64,000 nucleotides of DNA from positions 32,001 to 96,000 of IMG/VR virus record IMGVR_UViG_3300028591_000123. The stretch is one strand, 5' to 3'. The notes under the pieces were generated by a model that saw nothing but the letters and a program-made list of their open reading frames with translations, did not search any database and was not told the origin of the DNA. Of this stretch, positions 1-10,057 are shown in pieces. The stretch comes from a virus. The number at the start of each line of letters is the position of its first letter. Position 1 is the first letter of the stretch. Made by a program: the position numbers and the translations under genes.

Positions 1-2940
1 ATAATCATAGCTTCCATTTGTTAGGCTTGTGACATTTATTAGGTCATAATCACCCAAGCTAATTACAATATTCACATCCTTATTAGGTTTGCTTTTGTTT
101 TTAATCTGAACTGTTAAAATATTTAAATTATTCTGTTGAACAATTTTCTGAGATAAATAACCATTTATTTCAAGATTAGTCGGAGTATTGTAGAAAATTC
201 TTTTAGTCTTAACAAGATTAATGAAGTCATCATTAGGGATTGTTGAGATGCTTGTTTTAAATGTTTGATTGTTTTTAATCGCCTTATATCTTACATCGAC
301 ATATGTTTTTTGATTTGCTTTTAGAGTGTCATCTCCTGAGGCGTTCGTTACATATAACTCATCTCCAGAGAAATACAATTTGCCATCTTCAATATATCCA
401 TTATCGGAACTGACTTCTATCATTTCAGGAGAATTCTGAATTTGCACCCATAACTTGTCTTTCGGGATATCGTATGTTGTGTCTAAATTTTTAATTGTGT
501 ATCTAAGATTGATGTAACATTCTTCACCGATATAATCTTTAGATACATCTTCATTATTTTCATTTAAAACTGATATGATGTTTCCTTCCCGATCTCTCGT
601 TATAGTGTACTCTCCATCTGTAATCTTCACATTGCATCCATCATATTCCATTCCCGCATCAATATCTATATAATCATCTTCACAGATAATTTTCAAATCA
701 TCATCTGGGATTGGACATATGTTTGTTTCGACAATAATCAAATCATTTACAATAAATTTCGCAGCATTATGAAGATAATCATACATTACATTATCGACTT
801 CATTTTCATTATAACTATAAGTAGTAATTGGAGTTCCATTGATTTTTAAGTTTAAGAAAACTTCTCGTTTCTCATCATCTGAAAATGGAAGTTTCATGGT
901 GATTTCTTCATTTGCATATAAAGTGTTTAAGGCAATACAGACATTTGTTGTGTCGTCATCTATTATCTTAATAAATGTGAGATTTGGATTTAATTCGTAG
1001 AAATATGTTTTAAAATTATTGAATATTCCATCGCTGCCCCATTCATTACTGTAAACATATTCATTGTTTTCATCATCATAAACAAATGGGTTTAACTCTA
1101 TATAAACATTTTTTAAATCTTCATCGCTTTTGTTTTTTATTGTTAATAATCCATGTCTTAATTCAAATAAAGGAGCTTTTCCTCCGTTTATTTTGCAGAA
1201 TATCTTATCATAGTAATCATCATATTCATCAACATAAGCATAGATTGGGTAGGTTATGTTATCTCCTTCTCTTATTACTAATGAATCATAAGAGAATTCT
1301 CCTCGGCTTCTTATGTATAGTTTATCAGCATATTTTTGATGTTGACGAGTGATTTGTATTGTTTCTGTTTCTGTTATATCTTTACATTTGTTATTATAAG
1401 AAAATCCGATTTCAAATTGACCTGCGAAGTATTTTCCAATTTCTGTTCTGATATTACCATTTCCATCGATTGTATACCTTGGGTTTGTTTTGTTTTCATC
1501 GAATGTTGGATTTATTACATAAATCTCCGGAGTTTCAACAGGTTCTGTGTCGATTCTTTTAATTATATAATAATATTTTGTTGGATCTTCTTTATAACTT
1601 TGAAAAGTTTTTTTATTAAACTTATTTCCTGATTCATCAATGATTTCTGTCTTGAATTGAAAATTCGGACCCCTTATGATAATATCCTGATTCTGATCAG
1701 GGGTTGTATGATTATCAAAATATACTCTTACATTATATATTCCACATGCTAATTTTGATAATTCATTATATAATCCTTGATTAAGATCGGGTTCAGGAGA
1801 TACCTCGGTTTCCTGGTTGCTGTTGTAATCATATATCTTCAATGATATATTATTATAACATGTTTCTTTACTATCAATAACATTAAAATAATTGGTTTTG
1901 CTATCATATGGGTATCCAAGGGTAAATTTATTGATAATACTTACTGATGGTGTTTTTGTCATAACAACATTGACATTATATTTCCCAGATGTTTTCTTGA
2001 TTGAATTGGATGTGCTTTGATAATATATTGCATAAGTTTTCGCTACCGCTTTCTCCGTAGCTTTATATATGTATGTTTTTGTAAGAGAATTTTCATTTGA
2101 GATGGTTTGAATTAGTTTAATGTTGTTGTTCTCATAAACGGGCTTTAATGTTTGATAAGCTTCTTTGTTATTCATTTTCACAGTATGTGTGATTGTCTTA
2201 TAACATTTGTTGTTGTCAAGCCCGTCCTGGTTTTTATATAAAGTATTTCCTTGGGTTGTGATTGTGAATTTAGGACCGTCCAAAGGAACATAGTCAATGG
2301 ATATGTTAAAATCCTTCAAATAAATTATGCAAGGATTTGTTCTGATGTTTTTATCATATGATAATGTTATTTCAAACTCATCCTTTGATGTGTCTACTTC
2401 AAAATCTTCATTGAATGTGAGTGAGATTGCATTGTATTCACCAATTTTTGGTCCATTCGCTGATTTTTTATTTTTTGGCGTCTTTATATAACAATGTTCA
2501 AAGAATCCTCCCCAATTATTGTATTGTTTCCCATTAGACACATCTATGCCGCAATTTTTATGTTTAAGTGACACAACGATCTTTTTTATCTTTATTCTTC
2601 CTTTTACATTATGTTCTTCAAAATTGAAATTTGAAAATCTTATAGGAGATGGCTGAACATAATCACCACATGCCCCAGCGATTGGACAAACATTCCTGAA
2701 TCCTTTTATTCCATAATATTCAGCGTGGCTGCATGAATGATTATTTTTATGTCCGCATTGAGCTACTTTTCCATTTTTTAGGTTGTTGAGATTATCCCAG
2801 TCGTGATAATACTGATTATCTCCAGCCCATGGACATGTCTTCCATCCTTGACCATCATTATAATAATGTTTTTTTCCAATCTTCTTGTGTTCATCAATGG
2901 CTTTAATTGTTTTTGGTTTTAGTTGTTTAATTGTTGCCAT
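1..2940 (-). CDS. Large virion structural protein (baseplate/tail region), 3'-truncated by window edge, >=980 aa
   Basis: Missing from the ORF track because no stop falls in the window. ATG at 2940 overlaps the upstream stop (TAATG); translation begins MATIKQLKPKTIKAIDEHKK and the same frame is open at base 1 (...SLGDYDLINVTSLTNGSYDY). The middle was only partly translated. Function from synteny only. Confidence 0.7.
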   Translation of the reverse strand, partial: MATIKQLKPKTIKAIDEHKKIGKKHYYNDGQGWKTCPWAGDNQYYHDWDNLNNLKNGKVAQCGHKNNHSCSHAEYYGIKGFRNVCPIAGACGDYVQPSPIRFSNFNFEEHNVKGRIKIKKIVVSLKHKNCGIDVSNGKQYNNWGGFFEHCYIKTPKNKKSANGPKIGEYNAISLTFNEDFEVDTSKDEFEITLSYDKNIRTNPCIIYLKDFNISIDYVPLDGPKFTITTQGNTLYKNQDGLDNNKCYKTITHTVKMNNKEAYQTLKPVYENNNIKLIQTISNENSLTKTYIYKATEKAVAKTYAIYYQSTSNSIKKTSGKYNVNVVMTKTPSVSIINKFTLGYPYDSKTNYFNVIDSKETCYNNISLKIYDYNSNQETEVSPEPDLNQGLYNELSKLACGIYNVRVYFDNHTTPDQNQDIIIRGPNFQFKTEIIDESGNKFNKKTFQSYKEDPTKYYYIIKRIDTEPVETPEIYVINPTFDENKTNPRYTIDGNGNIRTEIGKYFAGQFEIGFSYNNKCKDITETETIQITRQHQKYADKLYIRSRGEFSYDSLVIREGDNITYPIYAYVDEYDDYYDKIFCKINGGKAPLFELRHGLLTIKNKSDEDLKNVYIELNPFVYDDENNEYVYSNEWGSDGIFNNFKTYFYELNPNLTFIKIIDDDTTNVCIALNTLYANEEITMKLPFSDDEKREVFLNLKINGTPITTYSYNENEVDNVMYDYLHNAAKFIVNDLIIVETNICPIPDDDLKIICEDDYIDIDAGMEYDGCNVKITDGEYTITRDREGNIISVLNENNEDVSKDYIGEECYINLRYTIKNLDTTYDIPKDKLWVQIQNSPEMIEVSSDNGYIEDGKLYFSGDELYVTNASGDDTLKANQKTYVDVRYKAIKNNQTFKTSISTIPNDDFINLVKTKRIFYNTPTNLEINGYLSQKIVQQNNLNILTVQIKNKSKPNKDVNIVISLGDYDLINVTSLTNGSYDY

Positions 2941-3785
2941 TATTCTTCAACCTCGTCTGTGTCTTGATATGCTGATAATGGAATCTCATTCTCTTCTTTC
3001 CATTTTGTGAACGTGCCGGTTTGAGGGTAACAATTCAATTGTCTATCAGTATAATATTCAGTATGTGTATCTACAAACAAATCTTCGGAGATATACTTTA
3101 ATGTGGATACGTATTTTTCATTCTCTAATAATGTTTCTGGAAATCCATTTCTCATATTGCGTTCTGAAAATACATAATTGTTATCAATATTGAATTCGTA
3201 GTCTTCATCATCATCTTCTTTTTTTGCATTCTGTAGGATATTCTTTTGAGTGTTTAATTTGCTAAGCATCAAGGATGTGGAATCCCATTCAGTATTTGTT
3301 GAATCCAATAATCCAATCACATTTATTCTGCTTAACTCCCCAACAATATCAATCTGTATGTTTTTCATTAATGGATCGACATCTCTTAATGGACTTATGT
3401 ATTCATGAAGAGATTCATCATCATTATGAATTCCCTCTTCATCTGTATCTTCATCATTATGAAGGATCAAATAATCCATATTATGCACCTCTTTTGGAAG
3501 AACATGCATAATTAATCCATTTGTTAAGTAATCACATCTTATATAAAACCAGCCTTTATAATATTCATACTTGAATATGTGATTGTCATTGTCGGTAAAC
3601 GCGATGTTTGAATAATCATCATTATATATGTTCGCAGATAAAACAGGTAAGCTATCTAAGCTAATTTTCAGATTCACAACAGATTGTATTTCCTCTGGAT
3701 CATGATTCTCATCCGTTTCAATTTTTATCACGAATTTTTGATGATATCTTTTTAAGTATTCAGTCACACTCGTCATTAATAACAC
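2940..3785 (-). CDS. Hypothetical acidic protein of baseplate module
   Basis: 281-aa ORF overlapping both neighbours; no recognisable motif. Confidence 0.6.
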   Translation of the reverse strand: MLLMTSVTEYLKRYHQKFVIKIETDENHDPEEIQSVVNLKISLDSLPVLSANIYNDDYSNIAFTDNDNHIFKYEYYKGWFYIRCDYLTNGLIMHVLPKEVHNMDYLILHNDEDTDEEGIHNDDESLHEYISPLRDVDPLMKNIQIDIVGELSRINVIGLLDSTNTEWDSTSLMLSKLNTQKNILQNAKKEDDDEDYEFNIDNNYVFSERNMRNGFPETLLENEKYVSTLKYISEDLFVDTHTEYYTDRQLNCYPQTGTFTKWKEENEIPLSAYQDTDEVEE

Positions 3786-6477
3786 CTGTTGTATGTCTTA
3801 TTGTTTTTGTTATTATCTCCTTGTCGCAAATCAAGGATATATCATAAACTCCGGTTTGTGAATATCGTATTGGAACATGGATGGATAAGTTTTCACCCTT
3901 ATTGAATGTTTTCGGTAATTGAATGATGATAGGACCGTCTGAATGCATCCACATGTTAGTTGAATTATCATAATATTCTATTTCAGGAGGCAGAACCAGG
4001 AACAATCTTTTATTGTTGATATTGACATCCCCATTGTTTTTCACATAAATATCAACTATCTTTTGGCTTTCTCCATTCCACCATCTCTCCCATGAGTATG
4101 GATAGAATTTTGAAGGAGGGATATACATGATCTCCGCATGACCCTCATTGAGGAGTGACTTATTCAGGTTCATATATCCATCCCTGTATGGGTAATAGAC
4201 AACCGCAAGAGTTCTTCCATAAGTTGTTCTTACATTGCCATCATCATCTGTATCCTTATCAATGTATAAGTATTTCTGATAACATTTTTCATATGTGAAA
4301 TCCATCGCGAGGCGTCCGCGTTCATATTCCTCTCTGACCTTTTCATCAGTTTCGGCTTCGACCTCATCGGCCAGGGTATGCGGAATCTCAGGACAGTTCA
4401 CTCCAACAAGCCTTACTCTATAAGTCTTGTTTTCTGAATCCCTCACATCGATCGTATCTCCATCTACAATATTATAACAATATACTTTTTCAGCTTCATC
4501 AAGATTTGGTTCATCGACGGATGGAGTGTTGCTGATGTACATTGATGCCTTATATTTTTCTTCGACAAATTTATAATATACTGTGAGAGTTATCTTATTT
4601 ATCTTAAATTTAGCCTTGTTTATCGGGTCAAGGTTTTGGAAACCAAGATGCAGGTATATTATCTGCTGAAGCTGGTTGTTTGAGATTTTTTCATTTGGGT
4701 AGTTGAACACATGGTTTTTGTCTCCAATCGTGTATGTTGATTTCCCTCTTTCCCATTCAACATATTCATCTCCGATGTTGAGTTGAACATATTCTATATC
4801 AGAGTCCTGATGAACATACATTTCACTATATTTGTTCGCTATATTAACATATGAATCTTCTGTCAAAGTCAAGTGATTGGAATATATGTCATGCTTGCCA
4901 TGGAATTTGATTTCCATTCCCGTTATTTCCGTGTTCTGCGGGATTCTTGGAACTTGGAACGGAAGAATTATCGTTTCCGTTTCAAATGATCTTTCAGCGA
5001 TATAATCTTCTTTATATGGGTTCAGTTCTATCTCCGCATAACTGTCATCCGCTTGTGATGTTAATGCGTTGATGTTCTTCCATTCCTTTTGTGATAATGT
5101 CTTGTTTGTTTTTATATTGATTTTATTTGTTGGCTTGACCGGTCCTGTTGAGGTTGTGAGATTCTCGGTGGACGGCACGGTTTCGGTGTATAAGTAAAGG
5201 TCTTCAATATAAGGATCCGTAACTTCCACATATGCCAGGTTATTGCCGTCGGTATCTGATATGAAACATCCATTGATAGCGTCATAGTTCTCTTTATACT
5301 CGTTTAACAGTCTTTTTTCGTACCAATAGTCCTGTTCTATATCATACCTGTAGTACCTTGGGTATGTGTATCTCTCTTCTTCGGCGGTTATATCTGTTCT
5401 GTAATATCGTCGAGGCATGTTGAAGATTTTTCCCCAATGATCAAGAACCTTGTTTGTGTCAAATGTGACATCAATTAATTCATTATTGTAGTTGGTGTTT
5501 AATACTGAATACTCTTCCTGAGGGAATCCTATGGCGATTGGATATTCGATTCCGTAGTATTCGATTATTGCGTAGAATATTTCACAATCGAATTCTGTTG
5601 TTATCATATCATATGTGACTCGCTCAAGGCTTGAATATGTCTTAACATATAATTCACTCCACCCTTCATTAGAGTTAAATTCATGACAGAAGTACCCAAA
5701 TAATCTTACCCGTCTTAAAGGAAAAGCACTTGGAGTCCATAATCTTACATTTTGTTCCGTTACATATACAGGACGAAGCAATTCCACATTCAAATCACAT
5801 ACACAATCAGCATTATCCTTGAAATATTCAATATCAATCTGAAGCTCTGTCTTCTTATTCTCATCCAAAACATTATCGGTTTCCTCATCTCTCTGGACAG
5901 GCTTGATTTTTTTAAGATTGCCTTCAACCCGATCGACATATCGTCCATCCACATAGCTTCTTTGTCCTATAGCATCTTCATCATTAATAAGGACCTTTTC
6001 TTCCTTGGTGTCGATTACAATATGAGATTTGGTATCTATATCATGAATTAAGAGCTCCTGATTCGCATTTGTGATTCTCAATGTCTTTATCTTATATATA
6101 TTGATGTCAAAACTCTTCAAGCCATCAGCATCCCTATGATAAGGATGCAATTCCAGATCAATAATGACATCGCAGTCGCGCTTGGTATTAGGAAAACCCA
6201 CTACTATGGGGTTGTCTTTCTGCAAAGTCAATCCCTTGTTTTGTTTTATCCAATCATCCTTATATGGAACATACTCATGCTTCCAATTCACTTCCTCAGG
6301 CAAGTATTTCCATAACATCCATGGTTGCATGACAGCCATGTATGGAAGAAACTCCTTAAGCACGTCTCTAATGACAACTGAAGAATAATGATTAACAACA
6401 GTTAAGAATAAATCATCTTTCCACCATTCAGGCAGTCTTGTCCATATTTCATAATTTTCAACATCAAAAGCTCCCAT
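3760..6477 (-). CDS. Baseplate wedge-region protein with embedded thermonuclease (SNase-like) domain
   Basis: 905 aa, just downstream of gp25-like and baseplate J genes. aa ~663-800 read VDGDTIDV...RVRLVGVNCPE...TYGRTLAVVY...LNKSLLNEGHA, the SNase signature. Confidence 0.75.
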   Translation of the reverse strand: MGAFDVENYEIWTRLPEWWKDDLFLTVVNHYSSVVIRDVLKEFLPYMAVMQPWMLWKYLPEEVNWKHEYVPYKDDWIKQNKGLTLQKDNPIVVGFPNTKRDCDVIIDLELHPYHRDADGLKSFDINIYKIKTLRITNANQELLIHDIDTKSHIVIDTKEEKVLINDEDAIGQRSYVDGRYVDRVEGNLKKIKPVQRDEETDNVLDENKKTELQIDIEYFKDNADCVCDLNVELLRPVYVTEQNVRLWTPSAFPLRRVRLFGYFCHEFNSNEGWSELYVKTYSSLERVTYDMITTEFDCEIFYAIIEYYGIEYPIAIGFPQEEYSVLNTNYNNELIDVTFDTNKVLDHWGKIFNMPRRYYRTDITAEEERYTYPRYYRYDIEQDYWYEKRLLNEYKENYDAINGCFISDTDGNNLAYVEVTDPYIEDLYLYTETVPSTENLTTSTGPVKPTNKINIKTNKTLSQKEWKNINALTSQADDSYAEIELNPYKEDYIAERSFETETIILPFQVPRIPQNTEITGMEIKFHGKHDIYSNHLTLTEDSYVNIANKYSEMYVHQDSDIEYVQLNIGDEYVEWERGKSTYTIGDKNHVFNYPNEKISNNQLQQIIYLHLGFQNLDPINKAKFKINKITLTVYYKFVEEKYKASMYISNTPSVDEPNLDEAEKVYCYNIVDGDTIDVRDSENKTYRVRLVGVNCPEIPHTLADEVEAETDEKVREEYERGRLAMDFTYEKCYQKYLYIDKDTDDDGNVRTTYGRTLAVVYYPYRDGYMNLNKSLLNEGHAEIMYIPPSKFYPYSWERWWNGESQKIVDIYVKNNGDVNINNKRLFLVLPPEIEYYDNSTNMWMHSDGPIIIQLPKTFNKGENLSIHVPIRYSQTGVYDISLICDKEIITKTIRHTTGVINDECD

Positions 6478-6486
6478 TTTCTAACC

Positions 6487-6927
6487 TCATAAATATAATC
6501 TTCGTGAAAAAACACCATATACTGAATCAACCGTAAGATCTATTCTCATTGTGAAACGACCATACTTATCATATCGTTGATTAGGGGATGGTTTGACAAT
6601 ATCGATTTTAGGAAAATCATTAACCTTGTTTTGAAATTGAGGAATGGTATCTTTTATATAAACTTTAGCTAGCTCAATTGTATGATATGTTAAATTCATT
6701 CCTCTTAATTCTAACAGCCTGCTTCCATAATTTTCAAGCCCAACCCCATCAATTATTCCTAATGGAGTATGCAGGCATCCAACAATGCCTTGCCAAAGAG
6801 CTTCCTGATTCTCAAGTATTATAATGTCATCCTTTTCAATAACAGTAGTTTCATCAAAATCAATCGCTCCGGGCCAGAAATTATTTCCTTTATCTGTTAA
6901 TAAGTCCTGAATCTCACCACGTGCCAT
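6487..6927 (-). CDS. Baseplate wedge gp25/W-like protein
   Basis: ~146 aa from MARGEIQDLL (track start 6975 is probably too far upstream). YGSRLLEL...LAKVYIKDTI...IDLTVDSVYG pattern, adjacent to baseplate J. Confidence 0.6.
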   Translation of the reverse strand: MARGEIQDLLTDKGNNFWPGAIDFDETTVIEKDDIIILENQEALWQGIVGCLHTPLGIIDGVGLENYGSRLLELRGMNLTYHTIELAKVYIKDTIPQFQNKVNDFPKIDIVKPSPNQRYDKYGRFTMRIDLTVDSVYGVFSRRLYL

Positions 6928-8080
6928 AAGCATCATCCTCTGTATAATCATAATCGGTATCGATAGTGATATCATTAGCCAGGATTCTTTGATAAGGCTG
7001 GATTATTAATCTTTGAGTCTCTTCATCAATCTCAATCTCGCCCTTAGGTTTTGGTATAACCTCTAATGCGTAAATATCATAACTGCTGATGATGTAATTT
7101 AATATGAAAGCTTCTAATTTTTTAATGTTAACATTAAATCCAACGTAAATGTTTTGATTGAAAAATATATTCACAGCTGTTTTAATTGAGTCTTCTAAAT
7201 CATTAACGGTGTAGCTGTCATATGTTTGTTTTCCCAGGATTTTAACATTGACTTGGAAATCAACATTGACACGCATAACTCTCATGTAGTGGTACTTGAC
7301 TCCTACGACTTTTTTTCTTTCAAGCTGAGCGACAGCATCGTAAAATTCATCATCGGAGTTGCAATCTAATGCGATTAATACGCTTCCGAGTCCATCCCAG
7401 TATTCCTTGATATTATAGTCAGATCCAAAGTATCCCAGTTCGCCAATCGCATCTTCTATTTGCTGTTTGCTTCCGTCTCGTATATATCGATAATTGGCGA
7501 GTCTGTTCCTTGTATCAAAAGCTGTTTCTTCATCGACGCCTCCGAATGCAGGAAACTCATTCGTCACATCGACTTCCTGAAACAGATCCCCTTCAAAATA
7601 TCTTAATGTGTTTTCGGCGACGTTGCCAATTGTTCCAAAATCAACACAATATGCGGGAATCCTTACCTGATACGCATCCTTCCAGAATATTTTTGATTCC
7701 GCTGTCCTGAAAACAATGGGGTTCATTTCTTCTGTTTCGACTTCCAATCCTCTTGGGATGAATATGTCTTCGGTGTTTTCCCCAAAATTTCTTCTTGTGA
7801 ATGTTAATATTGTCTTCGCAACTCTTGATGTTCTTTTTTCAATAAAAGGTTTAAGTAGGATTTCCAAAACAGCCTCATCTGTACAATCATCTATTTGTAT
7901 GTTGCTTATATACGAAGCTATGGTTTGCAGGATTGTTCCGAAAACCCTTGCAAAAACAGCGTAATAAATATTTATTCTTGATGTTTCAAAAACCTCATTG
8001 ATCAATCCTTTTTCCTGAGCGATTCGTTGTAGGTCGGCAAGGATTTCATATTCATCAAGAACTGTCACCTCTATTGCCAT
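6914..8080 (-). CDS. Baseplate J-like protein
   Basis: 388 aa; LTFTR...IFIPRG...VFRT...GTIGNVAENTL...VTNEFPAFGGVDEET..R.RL pattern typical of baseplate J. Confidence 0.85.
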   Translation of the reverse strand: MAIEVTVLDEYEILADLQRIAQEKGLINEVFETSRINIYYAVFARVFGTILQTIASYISNIQIDDCTDEAVLEILLKPFIEKRTSRVAKTILTFTRRNFGENTEDIFIPRGLEVETEEMNPIVFRTAESKIFWKDAYQVRIPAYCVDFGTIGNVAENTLRYFEGDLFQEVDVTNEFPAFGGVDEETAFDTRNRLANYRYIRDGSKQQIEDAIGELGYFGSDYNIKEYWDGLGSVLIALDCNSDDEFYDAVAQLERKKVVGVKYHYMRVMRVNVDFQVNVKILGKQTYDSYTVNDLEDSIKTAVNIFFNQNIYVGFNVNIKKLEAFILNYIISSYDIYALEVIPKPKGEIEIDEETQRLIIQPYQRILANDITIDTDYDYTEDDAYGTW

Positions 8081-8091
8081 TTAAGGCCTCC

Positions 8092-9153
8092 TTAATTTGT
8101 TTTTGTTAATACTATATTTAAGCTGGTGTCTCCTGTAACAACAAGATTCTCTGCGGCGGTGTAGGCATTATATCCTTCCGCTGTTGCGGTTACCACGTAT
8201 GTTCCAGGGTCAACATCTCTTAACGTGCATCCTCCGGCGCTTCCGGTTGTTCCTGTTTTAGAACTTTCTCGACCGGTGCTTGTCAGGGTTACGGTGGCTG
8301 ATTCAACAGGTTTTTCTCCATCGGTGACTGTAACTGAAATGTTAGCGAATTTTGAAGGAGGAGCGACAGGGTCTCGTGGGGTTGATATGTCTTCTTTCAA
8401 GTATATATCTTTAATGCTTGTCAAACCTCCACCCCAGTTCCATAAACCAATCGTGTTCCTTTCGACATTCTCCACTACTCCAATCATTTTACCATCAACA
8501 AAGAATCCTGCCTTGTCCCCGTCTCTAATGATTTTGATTTCATAAACACCAGGTCCAAACATGATTTCATCATATTGCTGATAATCTGTACGTTCATCAT
8601 CAACAAAAGTTTCTATACCGAATCCTTTTGAAGGTATATCTATTCCCAATCTGTATCCTGTTGATAAATCTTCATCATAACCAAAGAAAATCACATTCCT
8701 GTATACATTTTTAGGGATATTACATTCATACGTAAATGATAATTCATACTGGGTGTCTGTCGTAAATTCATCACTTATGAACATGCTGACGAATCTTGCC
8801 GTGACACTTCCCTTTTCAATATTGATTTCAGGACTGCCCTTTTGGGAATGATATTTCTCATCATTAAGGAAGTTGTCCAAGTATGCGAAATCATCATTCT
8901 GATAAGCGTACCCGAGGAAGACATCATTCTCATCATACATGGGAGTGTATAATCCATCATCAAAGGCGTTTTTATTATATAATCCGTTTTCAATATCAAT
9001 AGGATTGATTAATGACATTGTGTCGGGATCGAAGGTAAAAGAAGATTCATTATCATCTTGATATGAAAAAGTATCCTGTTCAAAAAACGGAACAACCGTC
9101 AATCCTAATAATTCCTGCCATCTTTTTCCAGGGTTTTTGTTCATTTTTCCCAT
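8092..9153 (-). CDS. Putative structural protein with lectin-like middle and C-terminal carboxypeptidase-regulatory/PEGA-like domain
   Basis: C-terminus ISVTVTDGEKPVESATVTL...GTTGSAGGCTLRDVDPGTYVVTATAEGY. Confidence 0.55.
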   Translation of the reverse strand: MGKMNKNPGKRWQELLGLTVVPFFEQDTFSYQDDNESSFTFDPDTMSLINPIDIENGLYNKNAFDDGLYTPMYDENDVFLGYAYQNDDFAYLDNFLNDEKYHSQKGSPEINIEKGSVTARFVSMFISDEFTTDTQYELSFTYECNIPKNVYRNVIFFGYDEDLSTGYRLGIDIPSKGFGIETFVDDERTDYQQYDEIMFGPGVYEIKIIRDGDKAGFFVDGKMIGVVENVERNTIGLWNWGGGLTSIKDIYLKEDISTPRDPVAPPSKFANISVTVTDGEKPVESATVTLTSTGRESSKTGTTGSAGGCTLRDVDPGTYVVTATAEGYNAYTAAENLVVTGDTSLNIVLTKTN

Positions 9154-9155
9154 GT

Positions 9156-9476
9156 TCAGGCCCCCTCGTCAATATCTTTTTCTTTCTCTTCCATGTCATT
9201 CGCAACTCTTGTGCCCGCTGATATTGTAGCATCAAGGATTTGAGGGGCTGTGTAAGCGGTTAAGAAAGCCACAAATGGTGAGGCGAACAATTCAGGATTT
9301 GTTTCTCCCAAGGTCAAAGCCGCGACAACACCAATGACAACAGTTCCGATTGATCCCAGATTAAATCTTCTCTCTCCATTCAATTCATAAAATTGAGGGA
9401 AGACAAAATATCCTCTCATTATTATAATTCTAAAAACCAAAGCGATAATTATCGCAATACATATTTCCATTTTCAT
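9156..9476 (-). CDS. Holin-like membrane protein
   Basis: 106 aa, about 3 hydrophobic segments, acidic C-terminal tail, within the lysis cluster. Confidence 0.55.
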   Translation of the reverse strand: MKMEICIAIIIALVFRIIIMRGYFVFPQFYELNGERRFNLGSIGTVVIGVVAALTLGETNPELFASPFVAFLTAYTAPQILDATISAGTRVANDMEEKEKDIDEGA

Positions 9477-9477
9477 G

Positions 9478-9831
9478 TTATCCCTTTATCATTTCTTGTA
9501 AAACTTCTCGAATTTCATCATGCAAGTCTTCTCTGCTTAATTGATTATTCATAATTTGTTGTTGATTCTGTTCTAAATTCTTATAATTTTGGTATTTATA
9601 AACAGCGATTTCCTCATGGAATTTATCAATCATAAAAACAGTCAGTATGGCTAATAAAAAAGCTACAATTCCTAACAGAATTTGAATATAATCCATTGGA
9701 TGTGCCTTCGCTCCCATAAATATAAAGTCAAAAGCCAAAGCGATCAGGGTTGTGCTTACGGTTGTTTTGACAAAGTGACTGACCCAAAAGTCTTGTTTAA
9801 AAGAAAAACGAGGCTCGTTCTCACTATCCAT
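9478..9831 (-). CDS. Two-TM membrane protein with C-terminal coiled coil (lysis accessory?)
   Basis: Start taken at MDSENEPR (alternative start 9864); two hydrophobic helices then a Q/E-rich helix. Confidence 0.55.
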   Translation of the reverse strand: MDSENEPRFSFKQDFWVSHFVKTTVSTTLIALAFDFIFMGAKAHPMDYIQILLGIVAFLLAILTVFMIDKFHEEIAVYKYQNYKNLEQNQQQIMNNQLSREDLHDEIREVLQEMIKG

Positions 9832-9885
9832 TATCATCACTTTTAATATATAACATATTTTCAAAATTTCTTATTTAAAGATTAA

Positions 9886-10047
9886 TTATTGTGAAAAACC
9901 ATTATCCAATATATCATCCTTATCCGGAGAGTTCTTGGCGTTGCGTTTGCTATTGATAAACCATTGCATCTCCATAACATGATTCCTGGCGCCGAAATGG
10001 TTGAACATAAAATTATTGTATCTTTGTAGAATATCTAAATAACTCAT
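9886..10047 (-). CDS. Small hypothetical protein (53 aa)
   Basis: Read manually: MSYLDILQRYNNFMFNHFGARNHVMEMQWFINSKRNAKNSPDKDDILDNGFSQ; AGGTGA RBS upstream. Confidence 0.55.
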   Translation of the reverse strand: MSYLDILQRYNNFMFNHFGARNHVMEMQWFINSKRNAKNSPDKDDILDNGFSQ

Positions 10048-10057
10048 GTAACATCAC

